NCBI GenBank assembly: GCA_026770705.1
Contig: JANJGN010001130.1
Coordinates: 124,001 to 188,000 of the forward strand
Direction of reading: 5' to 3'
From: Isurus oxyrinchus
Taxonomy: Eukaryota
Length of the DNA stretch: 64,000 nt
The translations under genes and the position numbers were made by a program. A model generated the notes under the pieces. The model saw only the letters and a list, made by a program, of their open reading frames with translations, had not been told where the DNA came from and did no database searches. Shown here in pieces: positions 38,302-51,539 of this stretch (positions are counted from its first letter, which is position 1; each line of letters begins with the position of its first letter).

Positions 38302-40024
38302 GTAAGTGCTGTGTTATAATTACTCAACAATTCACATCCAACACTCAATGGGAAATAATAGTGTTTGATTTGCTTGTTTTTTGGCCGTGTTAACCAGCGT
38401 CACTATTTTTAATGATTTGTCTATTTCTGCTCCCAGATCCATGAGCTTATTGTGTGTGATTGAATCGACATCATAGCTGTAACGTAAACCGAGCTGAGGG
38501 GTGATGACACCTCCCCCCTGAATGACGTGTCTCCTCCCCACTACACCTTCCACCCCTCACACCGTCAGGACTGACCTGGTGACAGTGCGGAGCTTATCAC
38601 CAAATCACACCTTGGCCTGACCCCCACCCCCACCTCCTCTGGCACTTTCTGCTCCTTTGAATATCTCACCGTGTTCCACCCCTCTCATCTCTCCTTCTAA
38701 ATTCTCGTTCTCTATCGCTGATCACTCCAGGAATGATAAACATCTTCGCCCCGGGATATCTTCACTGCTTTCCTCCCTCCGTCTCTGCACCGACTGAATT
38801 CCCATCCTCGGAGATCTCAATCTCCATCTCATCTCATCCCGCTCGGTTATTCCAACTCACTCCTGGCTGGTCTCGCACATTCTACCCTCTGTAAACTTGG
38901 GGTCATCTAAAACTCAGCTGCCCCTGTCGTAACCAGCAGTAACTCCCGTTCCCTTATCCCCCCCTGTACTCTCTGACCTTGAATGGCTCCTGGACAAGCA
39001 ATGTCTTGATTTCAAAATGCTCGTCCTTGCTTCCTCCCTATCTCTGTAATCTCCTCCTGTGCGACAGCCTTCCCAGATTTCTGCACTCCTCTACCTCTGG
39101 ACTCTTCAGCATCCCTGATTTCCATCGCTCCAGCATGGACGGCCAAGCCTTCAGTAGCCTGGGTCCTGAGACTTAAATCCTTTCATCTTTCTATCTCCTC
39201 CTTTAAGGTGCTCCTTAAAACCCACCTCTTCAACCAAAGTTCTGATTATCTGACCTAATATCTCCTTATATGGCGTGGGACCATACTTTCTATTATAATG
39301 CTCCTGTGGAGCACCTTGGCATGTTATATTACAATATAGGCACTATATAAATATAATCTATTGTTCTATGCTCCTCTAGACCATTTAGATTCTTAATTTT
39401 GAGTTAACATGCAACCTGGTAACCTGGTGATAGCTTCCAGTTCAGTCCAAAAGCAAACTCTAATAATCACGTTTAATATCAATGATTAAATGTATTGACT
39501 GTGTCCATCAATGTTATCAGGTTATCCACTCCCATCAATCTCTCTAATCCTGTCTCGAAGTCTGACATATCGACAGAAGAATGATTCACATTTCTGTAGC
39601 ACCTTTCACCACCTCAGCACAGACCAAATCATTTCACAGCCAATGAGCTGATTCCTGAATTGTAGTTACTGTTGTAATGTGGGAAACACAACAACCAATT
39701 TGCGCACAGCAAGCTCCCACAAATTGACAGGTAACAAATGGCCCAGATCGCTGAGTGAATGATGGAGTAGTGCACTCCAAACTCTGGTCTGCTCCTCCAC
39801 CCTCACCCACTATTATCAGTTCAAGTTTCTCGGAGTGAACGTATATTAAGCTGAGAGACAGAAACACCAAAGTCTCAAAGCAGGAAATTCTCTCCTGATC
39901 GTTGTAACCTCTCAGATCTGATATCATCCTTGTAAAAGTGCTTTCTTTTGTGGGACTGTGATTTCTATTTGAACTGATGCTTCACGTTATATTTCTCTAA
40001 AAGGATCCATTCTCTGTCTGTTAG

Positions 40025-40321
40025 ATTTCACAGATAAACCCACGATATTCCCTGCTGAAATTATTGCAGGAAAGCGTGTGGATGTAAGCTGCACCTTCAA
40101 CACAACGTGCAATGGAACAGCAGCACCTGTCTTAACCTGGGACACTCCCACTGACGTACCTGGATCAGTCTCAAACACTGTAACTCAGCATGGTGTCACT
40201 CTGACCTATACTTCTGTTCTGACCCTGATCCCATCACTCAAACACCACGGACACAATCTCAGCTGCAGAGTGAGATATCCATCTGTTTCATCGGAGCGGA
40301 CCCTCGTACTAACTGTGCAAG
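40025..40321 (+). CDS. Unit 6 C2-set exon
   Basis: 297 nt open, AG/GT intact. Confidence 0.9.
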
Positions 40322-40644
40322 GTAAGTACGGACACCCTTCATTCTACATCAGCACTCCCTCAGCGCTGACCCTCTGACAGTGCAGCCCATTCTCAGTATC
40401 CATATTCTCAGGCCACTCAAAGTGCTTCACAGTCGATAGAAGTTAACTGATCTTTAATTGATTATTGCTGAATGAAGTGACAAGCTGTCTAAACTTTACA
40501 GCTTGCACACGTTATTTTCCATGGCAACACCTCCTCTAATCAGAGACCACTTGCCAACCAATCAGCACTCTCTTCCCTTTAAATATAAATTGTTGTTCAT
40601 TTTCTGTTGGTAAACCTGCGAGCTGTCTTGTTGAGTCCTGCCCT

Positions 40645-40797
40645 GACATCTCAATGTCACAATGAACAGAACAAGTTCCAACAACGAGCTGTGGTTGGTG
40701 ATTCCTCACGTTACATCCAGGGACACTGGAGACTATCAGTGTGTGGCAGAGAATGAACATGGAGCAGTGGAGGTGTCCATAACCATCACTGTGGAAC
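40645..40797 (+). pseudogene. Unit 6 dead third-Ig half exon
   Basis: Same 5' lesion as in units 3 and 5. Confidence 0.75.
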
Positions 40798-41920
40798 GTG
40801 AGTGTGCACAGACTTCAACATCACTCTCAGGTTCAAACACTACACAAATACACACAAATATACAGACCTAAGCAGACACCTGCAGACACACAATCCCACA
40901 TGTATGAGTACACACAAAGACACACTCACAAACAAACACCCTATCACATACTGCCCTGTGGGTTACCTGACCTCCCTCAGTGCTGCACCGGACTATTGAC
41001 CTCGATTCTGGGTTTTGTGTTCCCTTTCATATTTATGGAAGAATATGGAAATTGCAAGGTCTATTACAGACACTCAGATGCACAGAGATACTCAGATGCA
41101 CAGAGATACTCACAGATACACTCTGCCTCTCCAACTCTCTATCCTCCTTTAAGAAGTTTCCTGAAACCTAATCCTTTGACGAGTCACCTGTCCTAACTCC
41201 TCTTACATGATTTTGTGTGAAATTTTGTTTGAGTATCTGAGAGTAAGAGAGAGGTGGAGAGGTTTAGGAAGGGAATTCCTGTTGTTGAAAAGCTTAGATC
41301 ATGTTCTCAGCTTTCCAGTGCCCATTTTTCACATGATGTCCATGTTCATAATGGGGATTGCCTATGTAAACGTCACGCTGTAGTTACACTCTCCCACCAG
41401 TGGTGGCACGGTCACACTTAACCCTTGCATCCCCAAGCTTTTCAAGCAATTTCCCTTCCTAATTTGCTACTATTCACCTCGACCACTCCCTGTGGGAGCG
41501 AGTTCCACATTCTCCCCTCTCTCTGGGTAAAGATTGGAACTGTTTATTAAGCGGGGGGTGTAAGTCTGTTGGGGAGGCCATCTCGATCCTGCCCGATTCG
41601 CACACGTGTCCGAGATGGATTTCCACCCTGCACTAAACGTTTCCAGAATTTTCTACAACACAATCCTGTACACAGCGATGGAGAGAAAAATTGGACAGGG
41701 AGTCCAACAGCACAATGATCCATTCTCACCAATGTTCCACGCTAAGGGGAAAGTTCCGATTGTCCACTCTTAGAGTGTTTACAATGAAAACATTCATTCC
41801 ACATTGAATCCCAGTGGATGGGTCAATAATACAGCAAATGTTGCAGTGATATGAAGCTTGATTGTTCAGCCAGAGTGAGAGATTGAAAGCGGAGATGATT
41901 TCTTTCTGTGTGTTCTCTAG

Positions 41921-42060
41921 ACAGTGGAGAAGAGATTCTGCACGTGATCCTGATCCTGGGAATACGAGCTGTGATATTCCTTGTGGCTGTGGTTATCACT
42001 ATCGCTGGAGTCTGTGTCTGGGAGAGAAAAACAGTGAAAGGAAGTCGACAGACTGTTTGA
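41921..42060 (+). CDS. Unit 6 TM + short tail exon with intramembrane Arg
   Basis: DSGEEILHVILILGIRAVIFLVAVVITIAGVCVWERKTVKGSRQTV*. Confidence 0.85.
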
Positions 42061-43404
42061 AGCTTTGTGCAGCAACAATCTCATTATGGAACAGAAGGAC
42101 GGCATTCAGCCCATCGACTCCATGCTGTCTCTCTGTAGAGCAATACAGTCAGTCCCATTCCCCCGCTCTATCCCCGTATCCCTGCAAGTTTATTTCCCCT
42201 CAAGTGTCCGTCCAATTTCCGTTTGAAATCGTTCATCGTCTCCGCTTCCACCATCCTAGTAGGCAGCGAGTTCCAGCTCATTACCACTCACTGTGTAAAA
42301 AAGTTCCTCCTCACATCCCCCCTCTGCCCAAAACCTTCAATCTGTGTCCCCCAGTCCTTGTACCATCAGCTAATGGCAACAGCTTCTCTTTGTCTGCCTG
42401 ATCTAAACCCATCATCATCTTGTACACCTCGATCAGATCCCCCCTCAATCTCCTTTGCTCCAAGGAGAACAACCCCAGCTTCTCCAACCCAACCTTGTAG
42501 CTAAAATCCCTCATCCCTGGACCCATTCTGCTCAATCTCCTCCCCACCCTCTCAAGGACCCTCACTTCCTTCCCAAAGTGAGGAGACCAGAACTGGACAC
42601 AATACTCTAGTTGTGACCTAACCAGAGCTTTATAAATGTTCAGCATAACCTCCCTGTGTTTGTACTCAATCCCTCAATTTATGAAAAGCTTATTCTTTCC
42701 ATCAGCACAAACAGCAATTTCCAAGCGGACTCCCATCAGCAGACAGAGTGCAATAAAACATCGACATGCCTGCTTCTTAATGTACGGAGAGAAACCTGGA
42801 ACGAGAGATTCTCCTTCTTCTCCTCAGCAAGCTGAAACTTTTCCTTATACCTGGTGCTCCCCAGTCCTGCTGTGTGGACACATCATAACCACGGCATTGT
42901 CTGGCTGTGTGCAGCCAACATGGTTGAATAGGAATGAACAGAAATGTGACGTTGCTAAACTCTGTTCTCTGATTGGAATGTGCTTTCTGAATGCTGCACC
43001 TTTTTCATGCTGCGATAGATTGTAAGAAGCATTTGGGTTATGAATAAAATTACATTGATTAACACAAGTGATTAAAATGCTCAGCCTGTTCTGTAGATAC
43101 TTATGGATTAAAATTCTTATTTTGCTGCCAGATTCTTGCCTCAAAGAAAAGCTTCTTGTTGTCACATTTTCTCTATTATATAAATTCCTGTGCCCATCCT
43201 TATAATAGAAATTTCCCATGTAAACATGTCACATTGTAGTTTCACACTCCTGCCAGTGGTGGTGCCATTCCAAAACTGTCTTGCTGCACAGACACAGTGA
43301 GAAATATTCTCGATGTGTACATGATGTTGTTGTTACACAGACATCAGGCGGAATCTTGGGCAGTGCCTAGAATGCACTTAGGACAGTGCACACCACACTC
43401 AGAA

Positions 43405-45060
43405 CTGACAGTGCAGCGTTTCCTCAGTGCTGACCCTCCGTCAGTGCAGCGCTCCCTCATTACTGTCCCTCTGACAGTGCTGCACTACCTCATTATTGAC
43501 CCTTTTCAAGTGCAGCACCCCGTCATCATTGACCTTCTGACCGTGCAGCACTCCCTCATGGCTGACACTCTGACAGTGCAACAATCCCTGAACACTGACC
43601 CTCTGATACTGTACCCCTCCATCACTAATGACTTTCCAACAGTTCAGCACTCCCTAGGTACAGACCCTCTGACAGGGCAGCATTCCATCAGTATTCAAAC
43701 TCCCACTATGCAGCTGTCCCTCAGGATTCTCCCCCCCACAATGCAGCACTCCCTCAGTACTCTCCCTCCCACAGTGCAGTACTCCCTCAGTACTCACCCT
43801 CCCACAGTGCAGCAATCCCTCAGTACTCTCACTCCCACAGAGCAGTACTCCCTCAGTACTCACCCTCCCACAGTGCAGCACTCCCTCAGTACTCACCGTC
43901 CCACAGTGCAGCACACCCTCAGTACTCACCCTCCCACAGTGCAGCACTCCATCAGTACTCACTCTCCCAAAGTGCAGCACTCCCTCAGTACTCACCCTCC
44001 CACAGTGCAGCACTCCCTCAGTACTCACCCTCCCACAGTGCAGCACACCCTCAGTACTCACCCTCCCACAGTGCTGTGCGAGTTGTTTAAATCAAGACTG
44101 GTGCCCAAAGAGGGAGGTTTCAATGCTAAATCATTGAAATCGGTGAAAATTATTTTTAGGCTGAGGGGAACAAGACTTAGTTCCTCATATCCTTTCTTTA
44201 GCAATAACACACAGTACTAGAATCTCTGTTTAAATAAATTCCAGTTAAACTTTGCCATGAAAGGATATCTTCTCACACTCCTCTCTACCTCAGTACTAAC
44301 CCTCCCACAGTCCGGCACCCCCTCAATACTGACCCTCCGACTGTGCAAATCTCACTCAGTACAGACCCGCTGACAGTTCAGCACTCCCTCATTACTGATC
44401 CTCTGACTGTGCAGCACTCCCTCATTAAGGACCCTCTTCCAGTGCAGCACTCCCACATTACTGTCCCTCTGACAGTGCAGCACTCCCACATTACTGACCC
44501 TCTGACAGTGCAGCACTCCCACATTACTGTCCCTCTGACAGTGCAGCACTCCCTCAGTACTGATCCTCCGACATTGCAGCATTCCTTCACTACTGGCCCT
44601 CTGACAGTGCAGCACTCTCACATTACTGACCCTCTGATAGTGCAGCAGACCCTCAGTACTGACCCCACTAACAGTGCAGCACTCGCTCAGTACTGACCCT
44701 CCCACAGTGCAGCACTCCCTCAGTACTATACTCCTGATAGTGAAGTACTCCCTTATTAATGACCCTCTTCCAGTGCAGAACTCCCACATTACTGACCCTC
44801 TGACAATGCAGCACTCCCACATTACTGACACTCTGACAGTGCAGCACTCCCACATTACTGTCCCTCTGACAGTGCAGCACTCCCTCAGTACTGACCCTCC
44901 GACATTGCAGCAATCCTTCACTACTGGCCCTCTGACAGTGCAGCAATCCCACATTACTGACCTTCTGATAGTGCAGCACTCACTCAGTACTGACCCTCAC
45001 ACAGTGCAGCACTCCCTCAGTACTATACCCCTGACAGTGCAGCACTCCTTCAGTAATGAT
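43405..45060 (+). repeat. 33-bp minisatellite arrays (43405-44075 and 44290-45060)
   Basis: Tandem units; paralogous to 26400-28220. Confidence 0.95.
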
Positions 45061-45277
45061 ATCAGGGATTGTCAACATGTATCATACGGCCAGAGACCTG
45101 TATTGGGAATTCTATCGCCTGCGCTTCAGCCTCTGAGATGAGGGGGAGGGGTCTAATCCCACGGAGCCAATGGAGAAGCTTGATGACTACAGCTGCCCAA
45201 ATATGAGCTGACAGATCACACATGGTAAACGTTTTGCTGAGAGCACAAAACATCCTCGAACTTCTCACTCATTACCC

Positions 45278-45417
45278 ACTTCCTCATTTTGACTCACAGT
45301 GACACATCCACCCTTTCTAATTAAACACACAGAGGGAGCAGCACAGGAAGAGGTCATTCAGCCCAAGCAGAGCGTGTGGGCAGTTCCTCCCCAGGCGAGC
45401 AGTCGGACAGGTCCTGG
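45278..45417 (+). promoter_or_regulatory. Unit 7 putative promoter/non-coding exon 1
   Basis: ACTTCCTCATTTT, donor GG|GTAAGT at 45418. Confidence 0.5.
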
Positions 45418-45867
45418 GTAAGTAACGGAACGATTGGAATTCACTTCCACCACCAACACCGTCCTTTGATGATGTTGTGACTTTATAAAGACAGATTCCA
45501 ATGATTGATGCCTTTGAAAGATTTCTACTGATTATTGAGATCTGGGTGTGAGGCTCAAGTCTGTTGTACAGAACATCTTTCTAGCTCAAGGGATGAGGGA
45601 ATTGCAGAGACATGAGCTTTGGGACATCCTGAGGTGGTGAAAGGTGCTATGGAAATGCAAATCCTTCATTGTTTTACCTTCTTAAAGCCTTGTAACTCTC
45701 TGCAGAGCACCTATCATCCCACAGAGAATCAAACTATTCTGTGAAGACATTGTCTAAAAGCAGTTCTGATCTCTCGAGAGCTGTTGGACAAGAGGTGAGG
45801 TCTCATTAACTCCTTTCTCTTTCAGAACTTCAGAGTTAGATGCTGAGGAAATATCTGGGAGTGGACA

Positions 45868-45907
45868 ATGATCGGGAAATCTTACTTCCTCCTGTCACTT
45901 CTCCAAG
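45868..45907 (+). CDS. Unit 7 leader exon (inhibitory-type Siglec-like receptor, 596 aa)
   Basis: MIGKSYFLLSLLQ, AAG|GTAATA. Confidence 0.85.
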
Positions 45908-46767
45908 GTAATATCATCGTCAGCTCGGACAGATTTATGGTGAATAGTCTTTGTAAAAGAACATTCTTACGGAGCTGTGATTGGGAACCGATTCAACAGT
46001 GAGCCAGTGTACAAACTCACACCAAGTCCCATTCACCCATCACCCCTAAACTATCTGACTCCTGGTCCTACAACATCTCAAACTTAAAATTCACATCTCT
46101 TTGTTCAAATGCATCCATTGCCTCACACTGTGTCCTTATCTCTGTAACCTCCTGCAACTCTCCCAACCAACGTCCCAGATCTCTGTGTTACTCCAATTCC
46201 GGCCTCTTGACCATCCCTCGATTCCCATCACTCCAATACTGGCGGCTGGGCCTTCAGCTGCCTGGGGCCTGAGCTCTGGAATTCACTCCCTAAACCTCGG
46301 CGATGGAGGAGCTCAGAGGGTTTCATTTTACTGAAAACCACCACGACTACATCACAGCTGCAGTCAGAATAGACAGAGAGTCCAGCCCTCGCACTTCCTG
46401 CACAGTTTCACCATAGCAACACAATAAGGAAGTAAAATAACTGAAAGTTAAACCGAAGCCAAAGCAGTCAGTTTAGAGAGATGAGATATTTACACAGTTT
46501 CCCTGTGTGTCTTGTAGACACTGCGTTGGGTGGAAGACTGGCTTCACTAAACAGGGTCCTGAGGACCATGAGCCAATGTAGAATGAACTTGTCCACTCCT
46601 GTGTCCAGGATTCTCTTCCATCCATTATGAAACCTTGGGGAGTTCCATGTGTGTCCTGTAGATGGTCCTCACTGCAGCCACTGTGCTCCAGAGATGGAGG
46701 GGGTGGATATCGAGTCTAGTGGATCTACAAACCATTCGGAGTTAAATATTGATATTTCTCTCCCCAG

Positions 46768-47136
46768 TTGGACTGTCACAAGAGTGGAAAGGTGACACTC
46801 CACGAGAGGTGACAGCGCAGGAAGGTTTCTGTGTACAGATTCCATGTCATTACAGTTATCCATCACATTTGGAAAATCAACCGCGAGGTGGAGTCTGGTT
46901 TAATAATGAGAAACAGATTCCCTGGGCTCCTATTGCCTTTCACTCCAAGGATCACAGTCACGAGTTACCACGGTTCCGCCATCGGACCCGGCTGTCTGGA
47001 GACCTGAAAGATGGCGACTGTTCCCTGATTATAAACAACATCACACGGGAAGATGCAGGACCTTATTTTTTCAGAATAGAATTTGACAATGGTCCGAGCT
47101 ATAACTATTACCCTGTAACCCAGCTTCATGTTTCTG
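46768..47136 (+). CDS. Unit 7 V-set exon
   Basis: 369 nt open; EGFCVQIPC, DCSL, GPYFFRIEFDNGPSYNY. Confidence 0.9.
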
Positions 47137-47608
47137 GTAAGTGCTGTGTTATAATTACTCAACAATTCACATTCAACTCTCAATGGGAAATAACACAAAC
47201 TGTGACGTTTACATATTAAAATAAAACAAAGCTTATTATAACACACTGTCTGATTCTCAATAACCTGGTGATAGCTTCCAGTTCAGTCCTAAAGCAACCT
47301 CCAATACTCACTTTAATATCAATGATGAAAAGCATTAACTGTATTATCAGGTTATCCACACCCATCAATCTCTCCTGTCCTGTTTAAAAGTCTGACGTAT
47401 CGATAAAAGAAAGATGTGCATTTCTGCAGCGCAATTTACCACCTCAGGAGGATCCAAATCCCTTCACAGCCAATGAAATTATTCCTAAATTGTGGTCACA
47501 GATGTAAAACACAGCAGTCAGTTTGTGCACAGCAAGATCCAACAAACCACAAGGTGATAAATAACCCAAATCACTGAGGAAATGAGAAGCCAGTGAACTC
47601 AAACCTCT

Positions 47609-47646
47609 GGTCTGATGAAGAGTCATACGGACTCGAAACGTTAACC
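47609..47646 (+). ncRNA. Hammerhead-like motif, unit 7 V-C2 intron
   Basis: Same motif as in unit 2. Confidence 0.55.
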
Positions 47647-47995
47647 CTGTCTTCCTCTCCACTGATACTGTCAGACCTGCTGAGTCTTTCCAGCAATTTT
47701 TGTTTTTGTTTCAGATTTCCAGCATCCACAGTATTCTGCTTTTAACTCCAATCTCTGGTCTGAGCCTCTTCTCTCATCCAGTGTTCTCAATTCACATGTC
47801 TCGGAGTGAACGTGTATTAAGCTGAGAGACAGAAACACTACTGCCAAAGAGCAAGAAAATCTTTCCTGATCGTTGTAACCTCTCAGTTCTGATATCATCC
47901 TTGTAAAAGTGCTTTCGCTTGTGGGACTGTGGTTTCTAGTTGAACTGATGCTTCACGTTATATTTCTCTAAAAGGATCCATTCTCTGTCTGTTAG

Positions 47996-48292
47996 ATTTC
48001 ACAGATAAACCCACGATATTCCCTGCTGAAATTATTGCAGGAAAGCGTGTGGATGTAAGCTGCACCTTCAACACAATGTGCAATGGAACAGCAGCACCTG
48101 TCTTAACCTGGGACATTCCCACTGACGTACGTGGATCAGTCTCAAACACTGTAACTCAGCATGGTGTCACTCTGACCTATACTTCTGTTCTGACCCTGAT
48201 CCCATCACTCAAACACCATGGACACACACTCAGCTGCAGAGTGAGATATCCATCTGTTTCAGCAGAGCAGACCCTCGTACTAACTGTGCAAG
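47996..48292 (+). CDS. Unit 7 C2-set exon
   Basis: 297 nt open, AG/GT intact. Confidence 0.9.
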
Positions 48293-48511
48293 GTAAGAAC
48301 GGACACCCTTCATTCTACATTAGCTAGAAAGCTCTACTTAGTACATTGCAAGATCCCACAATTGCATTGTGTTTAGCAACAAATCAATAGTCTTTAACTG
48401 ATACAAATTCACCTCTGACACTGCAGCAGTCCCTGAATACTGATTCTCCAACACTGCAGCACTCCCTCAGTACTGAGTCTTGTTCACAATGAAATCTTTA
48501 ACTGTTCTTAG

Positions 48512-48604
48512 ATGCACCACAGAATCTCTCATTTACTTCGCTTGATATGATTAATGCTTCATCGATCAATATAATTGAGGGGTTCATAACCATCACTGTG
48601 GAAT
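48512..48604 (+). CDS. Unit 7 mini-exon: Ig exon collapsed in frame to a 31-aa linker
   Basis: TTCTTAG|48512..48604|GTGAGT, 93 nt; [31 protein letters not shown]. Confidence 0.65.
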
Positions 48605-48627
48605 GTGAGTTAATGCAAACTTCAACA

Positions 48628-48664
<37 letters not shown>

Positions 48665-49244
48665 CAGAAACACACACAATCTCAACTCATACAAGCACAC
48701 ACACACATGCACATACAGACACACATGTGCACACACACAAACACAAACACACATCCTTATTGTACCGAAACATGCACACACAAGCCAACACACACATACA
48801 CACACAAAAACATGTGGGTTCCCTCTCCTCTCCCAGTGCTGCACTGGAGTCTCGATATCAGCTCCGAATCTGTGTTGAAGGAAGGTAAACTCCAGATCAT
48901 CAAGACCCTGAATTGGATGGAGCAACCTCCTGAACAGTGAATTGTAGATTTACCTCTCAGTGTTCCATCAATCAAATACAATTCATTGCCTTTGAAGCCT
49001 TTGGGGACAGCCTGAGGATCTGTAAGGGAGTTTGCTGCATTCTAGATGGACACCTCCACTGGTGGGAGAATGTAACTGCAGTGTGACAGTTTACATAGGC
49101 AGTGCCCATTGTAAATGTGAAATAAGTTCTTATCCTGAGAGAAGGTACCTGGAAATGCATTCAGACATCAGATACAGAGACATGATGCATGGAGTCTTGC
49201 TGTGCACTATATTTGCTCATATTACAATCATTCTATGTTTATAG

Positions 49245-49526
49245 ATGCACCACGGAATCTCTCAATTACTTCTCTTGGTGTGATTAACGCTTTATCGATC
49301 GATGTAATTGAGGGGAATTCTGCAGTGATAATCTGCTCTGTCGAGAGCTTCCCAGCTTCTAACCTGACGTGGCGACATCTTAATGTCCCAATGAACAGAA
49401 CAAATTCCAACAATGAGCTGTGGTTGGTGATTCCTCACGTTACATCCAGGGACACTGGAGACTATCAGTGTGTGGCAGAGAATGAACATGGAGCAGTGGA
49501 GGGGTTCATAACCATCACTGTGGAAC
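49245..49526 (+). CDS. Unit 7 third Ig (C2/I-type) exon
   Basis: 282 nt; APRN..EGNSAVIICSVESFPASNLTW..DTGDYQCVAENEHG. Confidence 0.9.
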
Positions 49527-50186
49527 GTGAGTTACTGCAAACTTCAACATCACTCACACACACACACACACATACACACACGTGCACACACATACTCATA
49601 AACATGCACACACATTCACTCATGCACAGAAATATACACAAAGAGACACTCAGATATGCTCAAACACATACACACATGCACACACAGACACATGCATGCA
49701 TACTCACACAAACACTCTCACTTGTGCAGAAACACAAACACATACACAAACACACAAATGAGTTCCCTGTCCTCTCTCAGTGCTGCACTGGAGTCTCGGT
49801 GTCAGCTCCGATTCTGTGTTGAAGGAAGGTAAACTCCAGATCAGCAAGACCCTGAATTGGATGGAGCAACCTCCTGAACAGAGAATTGTAGATTTATCCC
49901 TCAGTGCTCCATCGATCAAATACAATTCATTCCCGTAAATCCCTTGGCAAAATACTGAGGATGTGAAAGCTTCTTTCATTAAAAGTGGACAGCACCTCTA
50001 CTGGTGGGAGAATGTAACTCCAGTTTGACTGTTTACATAGGCAGTGCCCATTATAAATTTGACAGTGGAAGTTATATGGAGGGAAGGTACCCGGAATTGC
50101 ATACAGACATCAGATACAGAGAGATGATGCATGGAGTCTTGCTGTAAATTGTGCTTGCTCACATTAAACACTTGATTTGTTTTTAG

Positions 50187-50468
50187 ATGCACCACAGAAT
50201 CTCTCATTTACCTCTCTTGATATGATTAATGCTTCATCGATCAATATAATTGAGGGGAATTCTGCAGTGATAATCTGCTCTGTCGAGAGCTTCCCAGCTT
50301 CTAACCTGACGTGGCGACATCTTAATGTCCCAATGAACAGAACAAGTTCCAACAATGAGCTGTGGTTGGTGATTCCTCACGTTACATCCAGGGACACTGG
50401 AGACTATCAGTGTGTGGCAGAGAATGAACATGGAGCAGTGGAGGGGTTCATAACCATCACTGTGGAAT
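50187..50468 (+). CDS. Unit 7 fourth Ig exon (tandem duplicate of the third)
   Basis: 282 nt, near-identical to 49245-49526. Confidence 0.9.
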
Positions 50469-51270
50469 GTGAGTGTGGAGATACATTTGTTTGTTTGTTG
50501 TCTCCGTGGTCTCCGTGGAGCCATTGGGATCGTGTTGTTTTTAATCCAGTTTTCTTCAGTCCTCGCTCAGTCCACGTTATCCACACATCCAATTTTTCCT
50601 CTCCCTTTCTGTTTTTGCTCTCAGTTTCTCCTTCAATGGTTGTGAGGACAAGGCTGTCAGGTCTTCGTTTCCAATCTCCGTACTTGACGACCTTTCTCTC
50701 TCTAACTGTCCTGAACAACCCTTTTAATTGCTGAACTTCTCATTCTTTAATTGATAAATATTATATATAAATGTTACATGTTGAAATGCAATACCTGTAT
50801 TCATAAATTGCTTAGAAATTACTAAACATTCAACAGCCAGTGAAGCATTATCGAAGTGAGCTCACTGTTGTAATGTAGGAAACACAGGTACTGATTTGTG
50901 CACAGCAAGATCCCGCAAACCACCGTGTGATAATGACCTGATAGTCGATTATTTCAGTGAGGTTGGTTGTTACATGTGTAGAGACTACATACCCTTTAGG
51001 GAGGGAAGCATGTGGATGTGACTCCAGTCTCAGACACCAACATGGTTAACTCTTACCTGCCCTCTGAACTAGTCTCCCAGTTTGGGACAAACCAGTGGTT
51101 CAGGAGGAAGACCCCCCACCACCTTCTCAAGGGGAAACTAGGGATGGACAATAAATGTCAGCATTGCCCGAGAATGAGTATTTAAACACTGAGTGAGTGT
51201 ATCGCTTCTCGAGATACATCGGAGCATCATTGTAAATCTGTAGTGCAGTAATTAATGGCTGTTTTTACAG

Positions 51271-51367
51271 GTAGAGACTCTAGTAAATGGACAGTAGGAT
51301 TGTTCACGGCTGGGATCATGTTGAGTGTTTTCCTGGCTGGAATCTTCATCTTCATCTGTGTGAGAAA
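51271..51367 (+). CDS. Unit 7 neutral TM exon
   Basis: TTTTACAG|51271..|GTAAGT, phase 1-2: CRDSSKWTVGLFTAGIMLSVFLAGIFIFICVRK. Confidence 0.88.
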
Positions 51368-51539
51368 GTAAGTCTGAAGATTTAACTTGATTTTAATATA
51401 AACATTTGTTGAGGACTAATTAGACAGTTTTTACAAAGGGCCAGCACAGGCACGATGGGCTGAGTGGCTTCCTCCTGAGCTGTGAGATTTTTAATTCTTT
51501 CATCGAATGTGGCTGTCACTGGTGAGGCCGCTATTAATT

